Shown in pieces: positions 6,516 through 14,344 of a stretch of DNA of 64,000 nucleotides. Both the position numbers and the translations under genes were made by a program. Each line of letters begins with the position of its first letter. Positions within the stretch are counted from its first letter, which is position 1. Source of the stretch: Candidatus Jorgensenbacteria bacterium GW2011_GWA1_48_11 (GTDB taxonomy: Bacteria; Patescibacteriota; Minisyncoccia; UBA6257; GWB1-50-10); contig LCPF01000001.1 in NCBI GenBank assembly GCA_001003475.1, forward strand, positions 37,910-101,909. The letters are read 5' to 3'. Under the pieces are notes generated by a model that was not told the origin of the DNA, did no database searches, and saw nothing but the letters and a program-made list of their open reading frames with translations.

Positions 6516-9356
6516 CTAACTCAAAAGACCGCGCTTCACCACAACCGCTCTTAAGGTGGAGAGGTCGTCTTTCAGCTCAAATGACTTTTCTAATCGCGGG
6601 TCGTTTGCGATACCAGCCCAAAAAGCAAGCTTTGCTTTAACTTCTTTATCGTCTACATGCGATTGTTTTGTTATTGAGATAAGCGTCTCAAGGGGCATGT
6701 ATAGACCATTGTTTACTTCTGAACCAGAGAAAAACGGATCGCCCTTAAGCACGTCATCAAGGTTTTTCCACCCCTCTTTAAGGGGATACTTACTCCAGTA
6801 CAATTTTATAGCTCCGGGATGTTGCTTTAGTCCTCTACGTGCAGCATTTCGGATTTTATTAATCTCGTTCGTCGCCTCCTTAGATCCCGACCAACTTTGA
6901 TAAAGGACGTAGAAGAAATTTTCCTCGTATTTATAAATAATTTTCTTCCCAAGAAAATATCTTGCTTGCAAATCTTCAAAGACCGATTTTATAGCGTTCT
7001 TAACATCTTGATCGAAGTATTTTAACAGCTTGTCAAAAGCGGCTTCTAAGCGCTGATGTATGGAGCTACCACTACCACGTTCATTATTAGCTAGAGAATT
7101 TAATACAATATACTTCGCGCCAATATTTACAGATGACGAACTTAAAATCTTCTTCAAGATTTTAAGAACAGATTTTAGTCCTTCATCCGCTTTTTCTCCA
7201 CTTTTGTCTTTTTCAATCACGGATAGGATTTGAAAAACAAATTGGTAGATAGCCTCATCATATTCAGTGTCCCCAACGTTCATTGGTTGCAGAACAATCT
7301 TTCCATTCACAAGTCGTTTCCCTAATTCGTCCATGATCCTAATATTCAAATCCTCAGAAACATCCCACATTTCATGCACAAATCTTGCATATCCAACCAA
7401 GTCTTTGTTATTTAGCGTCGAGAGAGTCTTGTTGGATTTATCACTCTGGTGCTGTTGGTAAATTCGGCTGTATTTTCTATATCCCGTCTCAACACTTTCT
7501 GAAACCAACGAGAGATAATCGTGCATTATTTCTGGGTATGACGTGGTCCCAGAATATTGAATTTTGTTTTTTGTGTCATAACTTCTTTGCAGAAAATCAA
7601 GATAATAATGCATAACAAGTCCGATATATTTCTCAGTATTAATTTTTTCCTCATCCGAAAGCGTCCTTCCAATAATTGATTCAACCCAACCAATCAGTCC
7701 TGTCTTTTTTTCCTCCAATTCTTTCTTAATAAGATAACCGCCTAAATTGTCTTTTTCTGTTTGTGCAATAAGTAAATGGATTGTTTTCATAAAAAATTCG
7801 ATAAGAAATGGATGCTGGATCTTGATAAATTCCAACATAGTAACGTCACTAAATCGAATCGCATTTACCTTTTGTCCACCACTTCTGTCCCTAAACGATC
7901 CATAGAAAAACTCCAGGGCGGTAGAAACTCGAGCAACTACTCTAGGCGACTGCTCGGCAAGAACTCCAACCACGTAACCCATGGCGTCACTGTGTTTTCC
8001 CATGAAGGAAATGTTTGGGTGTGAAAAGGTATGTGGATAAATTTCTGTAGGAGTATCAACGCCTTCACTCTTCGCGATATTTGTTAACAAATCGTCGACA
8101 TATTTATATCTAATTAGTGGCTCAACTGGTGGAAGAAATATTCTCTGCACAACACTTTTCGGATCGTCATAAAAGAAGGTTTGCAGCGGCCGAACACGCG
8201 AATCTACGCTTTCGAATGTCTGCAAATGCTTTCTAAATTCTGGCTCTGAGATACAAAAAATAAAAATCAACTTTATGGGAAGGCCAGATCTTCCTTCGTT
8301 TTTGAAACGCTCAACAATTTCAACGAGGCGATATATTTCATCAAGCTGTCCTCGCTCAATCTCATCCACCATGATAATCCATAGCAACTCTTTAATTTCA
8401 GGAATATTTCCAAAAATCCTACCGACTATTTTTGAGGTAAATACTTTCTTGTCACCGTAAAATTGATCGTATGCGACGGCCCTTGTTTTTATCAACCCCC
8501 AATTAAAAAGCGACAGTATCTTGAGAAGGTCCGACAAAAGTCCATTTCCTGATTCTCGAAGAATTGACTGCATGAACGGAAGATACGATGCGACATCCAA
8601 TTTGGGGTATCTTTCTGTGAGGGTTTCGATCCAACGTTCCGCAAAAAGCCTAGAAAAATCTTTTGCCTCATTTGTTTCCGTAAGCGAAATATAGGTATAT
8701 AAAGTTTTTATTGGATCGAAGTTTTCGATAATCATCCTTGCATAAGACGACTTACCAAAACCAAGTCCTCCATAAATTCCAACAACATTCACATAATTAT
8801 TGAGTTTTTTAAGGCCGCTTGCCGCGTTCTTTGCTGAGGGTTCAAAAGTTAGCTTGTCATCTTTTGGTCCGACCGCCCCCGCGGCAAAGTTTCTAAAGGT
8901 AAGATCGGGAGATTGACATAAATGCTCGTTCAGCTTTTTTAAGAGCATTGTTATCAGTGCCAGCACTAGGCCGATCCAGCAATATCCTGACAACCAAAAT
9001 TCAGTCGGGTGGGCTATTAAGGCGACGGCCGACCACAGGATTAGACCATTCACAAACCCCCAATAAAAATAGAAAACCCATGAAGGCTGGTTGTGTAGCC
9101 CTTGCTTTTTTAACTGAGCCGCTGGTCTTATAAAAAAATGGATTAAACCAATGACAATCAGTAAAGCGAGAGTACCAAGAACAATGAAGATGGTTTGGTT
9201 TGCATAAAATAAATCCGTAACTAAATCCCGGATTGGAGGTCCAAATTTATAAAACAAGAGGAAGTTAAGGAACGAGATGGAGACAACCCAAAACAACCTC
9301 CACGCAAAAAGGTGTTTGTAGAATATGTCAAGCCCCGGCAGTGATTTATCCTCCAT
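6516..9356 (-). CDS. membrane-anchored P-loop NTPase, KAP/STAND-like (946 aa)
   Basis: Four predicted N-terminal TM helices. Walker A GGLGFGKSS (GxxGxGKS) about 45 aa after the last TM, and Walker B IIMVDEIER (hhhhDE). A roughly 500-aa alpha-helical C-terminal region. AT-rich relative to flanking genes. Confidence 0.6.
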   Translation of the reverse strand: MEDKSLPGLDIFYKHLFAWRLFWVVSISFLNFLLFYKFGPPIRDLVTDLFYANQTIFIVLGTLALLIVIGLIHFFIRPAAQLKKQGLHNQPSWVFYFYWGFVNGLILWSAVALIAHPTEFWLSGYCWIGLVLALITMLLKKLNEHLCQSPDLTFRNFAAGAVGPKDDKLTFEPSAKNAASGLKKLNNYVNVVGIYGGLGFGKSSYARMIIENFDPIKTLYTYISLTETNEAKDFSRLFAERWIETLTERYPKLDVASYLPFMQSILRESGNGLLSDLLKILSLFNWGLIKTRAVAYDQFYGDKKVFTSKIVGRIFGNIPEIKELLWIIMVDEIERGQLDEIYRLVEIVERFKNEGRSGLPIKLIFIFCISEPEFRKHLQTFESVDSRVRPLQTFFYDDPKSVVQRIFLPPVEPLIRYKYVDDLLTNIAKSEGVDTPTEIYPHTFSHPNISFMGKHSDAMGYVVGVLAEQSPRVVARVSTALEFFYGSFRDRSGGQKVNAIRFSDVTMLEFIKIQHPFLIEFFMKTIHLLIAQTEKDNLGGYLIKKELEEKKTGLIGWVESIIGRTLSDEEKINTEKYIGLVMHYYLDFLQRSYDTKNKIQYSGTTSYPEIMHDYLSLVSESVETGYRKYSRIYQQHQSDKSNKTLSTLNNKDLVGYARFVHEMWDVSEDLNIRIMDELGKRLVNGKIVLQPMNVGDTEYDEAIYQFVFQILSVIEKDKSGEKADEGLKSVLKILKKILSSSSVNIGAKYIVLNSLANNERGSGSSIHQRLEAAFDKLLKYFDQDVKNAIKSVFEDLQARYFLGKKIIYKYEENFFYVLYQSWSGSKEATNEINKIRNAARRGLKQHPGAIKLYWSKYPLKEGWKNLDDVLKGDPFFSGSEVNNGLYMPLETLISITKQSHVDDKEVKAKLAFWAGIANDPRLEKSFELKDDLSTLRAVVVKRGLLS

Positions 9357-9463
9357 CTAAATATGAACTTCCTTGATTTCTATCTGCGATTTTCCTTCTT
9401 TTCTTGGTTGCTGGAAATTTATCAAAAGACCATCTTTGATTTTGAGGATTTTCATGTAATTTT

Positions 9464-10570
9464 TTATTTTCTCTCAAGTTCCTCAAGCGGAGGATAGGTT
9501 TTTTGTTGGCCTGCGATAAGCTTCGGCACCTCTTTGCCCTCTCCAAGCGCTAGTAATCCCCTGAGTCGTAAATCAATAACTCCGACGTCCATGTACATAT
9601 CCTTATAGGATTTGTAACGTTTTTTCCACGCCTGGTGATGCGCATGAATTTCGGATTTCAAATCTCCAGCAAGCGTTAACAGCTGATGAGCTACGCCGTT
9701 AACTTTGTCGCCATACTCATTTCCTGCCAGATATTTGTAGACTTCGTTTACGGCCCTCATTTTCTCGGCATTGGATAACTTCAGTAGTGCGATCCGCACC
9801 AAGCTTTGCCGCAAAACATATGTGACTGGCTCAACATTTACGGGGCTGATGACAAATACCGTGTTGGAAACGAAATAAGACTGCCTCTTAGCCGGAAAAG
9901 CATTGGTAACGAGAACCGCGAAGTTAGCTTGCCTGAATTCGCGCGCGTCAGCGGCCTGCTGGACATGGTTCTGGCTGAAAGACTTAACCTTTTTGCATTC
10001 GTAAACGATCTTACCGACAGGCTTATCCTGCTCCATAACGGTTTGAATAATATCCCCGCCCTTCCCCGGATGGTCGAAGTGGTCGTGCGGAAATAATTCC
10101 TTAAGTTTTGCTAGAAGCTTGTCTTCTTCGAGTAAGCCTTCAATCTGTGGCGTAATTCCTTTTTCCATTTGCTCTCTCAGGCGTTTTATTTCTTGATCGC
10201 CCTTCTCTTTTTTCTCCAAAGCGATTTTCAAGCTTCGCTCCAATTGCCCCATTTTATTCTTAGTCTGGGCAACGCCTTTCGCGGTTTGCGTTTCCAATTT
10301 CTTCTTAAACGTTTCCTGGTCTAGTTTCCGCTGTTCACGGAAGTTGGCGGCAAGTTTGTGTTTTTCTTCTGCTACGGCGCGCTTTGCGGCACGCTGCAAT
10401 TCAGCCTTCTCTTTTTTCCATAATTCGGCTTTGCGCTTTAATTCTTTTCGCTCCTCTTCGAGGTGTTTAATCTCTTCATGTTTCGCTTTCCAAATACCGA
10501 GGGCTTTATCATATTCCTCCTGAGTCAACGGCTTACCGCATACGGGGCATTTTTTTGTTTGGTTTTCCAT
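9464..10570 (-). CDS. DUF2130-like protein: N-terminal CPxCG zinc-knuckle, long coiled coil, C-terminal PD-(D/E)xK-like domain
   Basis: KCPVCGKPL at the N-terminus; about 130 aa of K/E-rich heptad-like sequence; C-terminal GGDIIQ...(18 aa)...YECKKV fits a D...E-x-K nuclease motif. Confidence 0.5.
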   Translation of the reverse strand: MENQTKKCPVCGKPLTQEEYDKALGIWKAKHEEIKHLEEERKELKRKAELWKKEKAELQRAAKRAVAEEKHKLAANFREQRKLDQETFKKKLETQTAKGVAQTKNKMGQLERSLKIALEKKEKGDQEIKRLREQMEKGITPQIEGLLEEDKLLAKLKELFPHDHFDHPGKGGDIIQTVMEQDKPVGKIVYECKKVKSFSQNHVQQAADAREFRQANFAVLVTNAFPAKRQSYFVSNTVFVISPVNVEPVTYVLRQSLVRIALLKLSNAEKMRAVNEVYKYLAGNEYGDKVNGVAHQLLTLAGDLKSEIHAHHQAWKKRYKSYKDMYMDVGVIDLRLRGLLALGEGKEVPKLIAGQQKTYPPLEELERK

Positions 10571-10583
10571 AGATATAGTTGGA

Positions 10584-11393
10584 TTACGCCGTGTCTATTT
10601 CTTTGGCGACTTTCTCGATTAAAGATTTCAATGAAACCCGGTCAAGCGTAATTATTTTTTTTGTCCCATAAATAAGGTTGAGCTCTTTCATTAAATCCCT
10701 AATTTTCTCTCTAGATTGTGCAAATTTCTTGTTCCCCCCGAGGTATTCAAGGACGGTAATAAGTATTCGGTCAGACCGCCCCATGGCGCGTTCAAGAACC
10801 TGCTGATAGATATCCTGCATTGAAAGGAGGATGCGGGTGAAATAGTATGGGTCCTTCTTTTTCAAATCGCCGAAGAAACCCGGATCGCGCTCCCACGGCG
10901 CGTAAGTGAGATGGGCGGCCCACCAGAGCCGCGCGATGGCGTGCCTGCGCAAGTCCCGGTCGTTCCCCCTTACAAACCAGTGCTCTAAAAGCTGGTTGAT
11001 GGCGCGCTGCTTGGCGTCGTCTGTTTTGAGGTCTTTGTATTCTCCGGGCAGGCCCCATCGTACAAGTGAGTACTTGCGGAATTCGACGTGGCTTAGGTAT
11101 GCCCAAAGCCTCGGATCGGAAGCCTGAGTTTCGTCTATGGCGCCGTAAAACTCATGGAGAGCTATGGCATTTTCTAGGTCTGTAGCGACCGGGTCCCTCT
11201 TTAGAGCTTTCAAGAATGGGGATTTACCTTGAACGGGGATTGTCGAAAGGAGTAGGTCCTTGTCTTTCACAGGATAGGAATGTTGGAAATAAGTCTTAAG
11301 AGAACTGCCGGAGCGCAGATCGGCCCTCATTTGCTCGATGACCGCCCGCTTGAAGATTTTTTGGTATTGGGTTTTATTCATACTCTCGTTCAT
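10584..11393 (-). CDS. hypothetical protein (island gene C, 269 aa, Trp-rich)
   Basis: Complete ORF that overlaps by 20 nt the 3' end of the upstream ORF 11374..12222 (gene B), which suggests translational coupling; no recognisable domain; conserved-looking WAYLSHVEF...RLWWAAHLTY segment. Confidence 0.55.
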   Translation of the reverse strand: MNESMNKTQYQKIFKRAVIEQMRADLRSGSSLKTYFQHSYPVKDKDLLLSTIPVQGKSPFLKALKRDPVATDLENAIALHEFYGAIDETQASDPRLWAYLSHVEFRKYSLVRWGLPGEYKDLKTDDAKQRAINQLLEHWFVRGNDRDLRRHAIARLWWAAHLTYAPWERDPGFFGDLKKKDPYYFTRILLSMQDIYQQVLERAMGRSDRILITVLEYLGGNKKFAQSREKIRDLMKELNLIYGTKKIITLDRVSLKSLIEKVAKEIDTA

Positions 11394-12222
11394 CGTTGGT
11401 CTCGAGCAACGACCCTATGCTTTGGAATCCCCGTGAGACGGGGTTGTCGAGAATTTTCTGCGCAACATCAAACGGGTCCTTGTCCCTAAGGCCCTTACCG
11501 TCAAGGATGGCCTCCAAACGGCCGAACCAGCTCATGTCCGCGTAGTCGCCGTTCCCGTTCTGTACTTGGTGCACCGCATCGATCAAGACTGGGAAGACTA
11601 TGGAAGCGTGCAACATCCCCTCTGCGAGCTTCTGGCCCCTGACATCCATGTAACTCTGCCAATCGGTTTTTGAAAGGATGACGGTAATTTTCTCGCCTTC
11701 ATAGTCGATCTGCATTGGCCCTTCGTGATGGCTGCCCACTACTATCGACATGAAAGACGAGACCGGTGGCCGGAGAGGATCGAAATTCTTCTCGGCTATG
11801 AACGAAGTGTACCCTCCGACTGCGAGGACATCACCCGCTTCTACGTCGAAAGATGCTCCTTCGTAATCTGGATGGCATTCGCTCGGCTGGTAGCCGGGGA
11901 TGTCCTTGTCGGCGCACACGTAGAAGCCAACCGCCACTCTTTCGCGGACCAGTTTCGACGGAATCATGAACCTGTCGATTGTTTTCCTCGTAGAATAGCT
12001 TGACCGGAAGAAAGTGCTTTGGCATTCGACTTCAGTCACGAATGACGCCTTTCCGTCCCGGATCAGCTCCTCGATCTTCGCGTTCTTCAAATTAAATATC
12101 GGGTTCAGCGTAATCTCGTCTTTTTTTAGTTCATAATGGAAGGGAGCGACGCGGAAAAAACCGCCGAGGTCGTCTTCGTTGCCAAGCACCGGATGCGGGT
12201 ATGATTTTGAATTAACCCTCAT
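11374..12222 (-). CDS. hypothetical protein (island gene B, 282 aa)
   Basis: Complete ORF that overlaps by 11 nt the 3' end of the upstream ORF 12212..13324 (gene A); no recognisable domain; possible metal-binding SHHEG patch. Confidence 0.55.
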   Translation of the reverse strand: MRVNSKSYPHPVLGNEDDLGGFFRVAPFHYELKKDEITLNPIFNLKNAKIEELIRDGKASFVTEVECQSTFFRSSYSTRKTIDRFMIPSKLVRERVAVGFYVCADKDIPGYQPSECHPDYEGASFDVEAGDVLAVGGYTSFIAEKNFDPLRPPVSSFMSIVVGSHHEGPMQIDYEGEKITVILSKTDWQSYMDVRGQKLAEGMLHASIVFPVLIDAVHQVQNGNGDYADMSWFGRLEAILDGKGLRDKDPFDVAQKILDNPVSRGFQSIGSLLETNDEREYE

Positions 12223-13324
12223 AGCTTTCTATGCCTAAGGCATATTTTTTCCTCGACTCGAGCCTCACGGCAAGGCGGATGGTCTGCCCGTTCTTAATGG
12301 AAAGGCCCTTGATCATAGATCCATCTGTTTCATATTTCGCCTTGGAGTCGATGTCCGTCGCTGATTTTATTTCGGCTGGATAGCTGTTGTCGTCGCCGAC
12401 CGCCACCAGCCTTATCCCTCCTTCGCACTCCTCGCGGCCCGTGATTGCGAAATGGTATTCGGGGCCTTCTTTCGTTTTCTGGATGAAGCTCCGGAAGGAT
12501 ATTGCGGAGGTTTTTATCCTGACGCCTTCTTCCCCTCCCGCTTCCGGCCCGGTCGGCCTTCCATGCGGCCCTTTGCCTGGGCCTTTGGGTGGCGTGCGCT
12601 TCACCCCTCCCGGCTCCTTGTTCGTAACTATGCTTTTCCGGATGACTTTTTCCACGTCCGCAGGGGATTCTTCTTTATTCGCGCCGACTTCGCGCCCGCT
12701 TTCCTGGGTTCCTTCCAGGTCGGTCGGATCGAACGCGGCCCCTTGCTGCGGAAGGTAGTCCCTGTCTTCATTGTCTGGCAGGTACTTATCCAACCCCGGG
12801 ATGTCCTGAGGTTCAGTAGTAACGGTCCCTCCCATGCTTTTCAACGATTCCTTTATGAAATCGTCCAGCTCGTGCATGGCCGCCCATCCGTTCTTGGCCC
12901 GGTCCCTGTCCCATTTATCGTGGGCGGGCGGCTCCATGTCTCGGAGAAGCCTGTTGCCGCGCTCGTCGTCACAGATGAAGACTCCGGCGTAAGGCTCCCT
13001 CAGCACGCGGGATGCTTTTTCCGTAACGAGCATTTTCGGCTTCCGGACCATCATGACTTTGCTGGGGTAATTTTCCTGCTTGCGCACGAAAAGCAGGACC
13101 TTCCCGAGGTGCTTCAACTCCTGTTCGAATTTCTGCTCCCAGTTCGTGGCCGCTTCGTAGAAGAATTTCGCGTCCTCCGCATCGAATTCGCTGAACTTCT
13201 CCGGTAGGTTGTCCTTCGTTATGCGGATTTCAGAGCCGTCCTTGACCACTACTTCAAGGTCGCCGTGAAGGATGGCAAGCCAAAAATTTTGAACGCACGC
13301 ATAGAAAGAAACTACCGCATTCAT
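12212..13324 (-). CDS. hypothetical protein (island gene A, 370 aa, with central Gly/Pro/Glu-rich disordered linker)
   Basis: First gene of the island operon. Globular N- and C-terminal parts are separated by a low-complexity segment KEPGGVKRTPPKGPGKGPHGRPTGPEAGGEEG. No recognisable domain. Confidence 0.55.
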   Translation of the reverse strand: MNAVVSFYACVQNFWLAILHGDLEVVVKDGSEIRITKDNLPEKFSEFDAEDAKFFYEAATNWEQKFEQELKHLGKVLLFVRKQENYPSKVMMVRKPKMLVTEKASRVLREPYAGVFICDDERGNRLLRDMEPPAHDKWDRDRAKNGWAAMHELDDFIKESLKSMGGTVTTEPQDIPGLDKYLPDNEDRDYLPQQGAAFDPTDLEGTQESGREVGANKEESPADVEKVIRKSIVTNKEPGGVKRTPPKGPGKGPHGRPTGPEAGGEEGVRIKTSAISFRSFIQKTKEGPEYHFAITGREECEGGIRLVAVGDDNSYPAEIKSATDIDSKAKYETDGSMIKGLSIKNGQTIRLAVRLESRKKYALGIESYEG

Positions 13325-13453
13325 TTTAAGAACAAATACGAGAAGGCGGTTGTATTAAACGCGGAAAAGCTAACCGCACGGCAAATCTCCAACAAGATAT
13401 TGAAAGATCTTAGATACTGAACCAGAGAACGCGGCACTAAAAACTTCTCATCC

Positions 13454-13484
13454 CAAAAACCGGGATGAGCTGATTTCCCCGGTT
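13454..13484 (-). terminator. intrinsic terminator of the 13483..14295 membrane-protein gene
   Basis: On the minus-strand RNA: CCGGG-(13-nt loop)-CCCGG followed by UUUUU. The hairpin overlaps the stop codon. It separates this gene from the island operon, whose promoter region is 13325..13450. Confidence 0.5.
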
Positions 13485-14295
13485 ATTGGGTTATTCCGCT
13501 CAGTGCCCGCTCTTCCGCGGTTTTTCTGAACTGCGGCGTGAAATGACAAAGAATAAAAACGTAAGCGGCGAATTTGAAAATATGCCCCAGCATGTTGTGA
13601 AAGTAGTAAGCGCCGGGATAGAGAGTGAATTGGAATTCGCTGAAGATCGTGAAAACGAAAAAAAGCAGAAAATAATAAGGCGGGACGGCGCCCAACTTCC
13701 TGCTCTCATACCAATAAAGAAAGGCGGTCGCCGCAAACAGGAACATCAAGAAAATTTCGACTTCTATTTTCACGATGGTCAGGCCGAAAACTTTGGCCAT
13801 TGACGGCAATTGGGGAACGAAATAATAAACAGCGAGAAAAACGGCCATAGCGACCACGAAAGCGATCGCCACGCTTCCCGCAATGCTTAACTTGGATCTC
13901 GTTGAAGGCTTTATAAACACGCTTATCAAGAGTCCGGCCGCGACAATGAACCTCGCCGTAAGCCAAAAATAAATGGCGGTGTTTACCGTCGGGAAAATGA
14001 TCGTTTGGGGCATTCCGCCGTAGCTTAGAATATGCAGGATGTCGATCACGGCGGACGCAAGAAAAACGATGCAGAAAACCAAAGAACGCGCGCTTTGCGT
14101 AATCTGATAAGCGGAAAAGGCATAGAGGCCGATGACGAGAGCCACGGCAACGGTGAAAAATTCAACCAAGGCGTGGAAACCGAGATACCACATCCCGAAT
14201 TCGTAATAAAAAGCGCTGGGCTTGACGCCGGTTATAAGGATGACAGCAAGGGCCACAATGGCAAAAATCCAAAAATTTTTGCGCGAAATAATCAT
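13483..14295 (-). CDS. polytopic integral membrane protein (about 7-8 TM, sensor-domain-like, no output domain)
   Basis: 270 aa, almost entirely hydrophobic helices; no catalytic motif. Confidence 0.5.
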   Translation of the reverse strand: MIISRKNFWIFAIVALAVILITGVKPSAFYYEFGMWYLGFHALVEFFTVAVALVIGLYAFSAYQITQSARSLVFCIVFLASAVIDILHILSYGGMPQTIIFPTVNTAIYFWLTARFIVAAGLLISVFIKPSTRSKLSIAGSVAIAFVVAMAVFLAVYYFVPQLPSMAKVFGLTIVKIEVEIFLMFLFAATAFLYWYESRKLGAVPPYYFLLFFVFTIFSEFQFTLYPGAYYFHNMLGHIFKFAAYVFILCHFTPQFRKTAEERALSGITQ

Positions 14296-14344
14296 TCCGT
14301 TGCTTTAATTATACACCCCGCCATATGAAACGTTAATAAGGCGG

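Noticed and set aside
9346-9546. 66-aa basic ORF between the DUF2130-like gene and the NTPase gene
   Set aside because: It overlaps the 3' end of the DUF2130-like gene by 83 nt in another frame. It is highly basic with low complexity, and most likely spurious.
12452-13207. 251-aa plus-strand ORF antisense to island gene A
   Set aside because: It is Arg/Pro/Gly-rich, the kind of product expected from antisense translation of a GC-rich gene. The minus-strand gene gives a more protein-like sequence and is translationally coupled to B.
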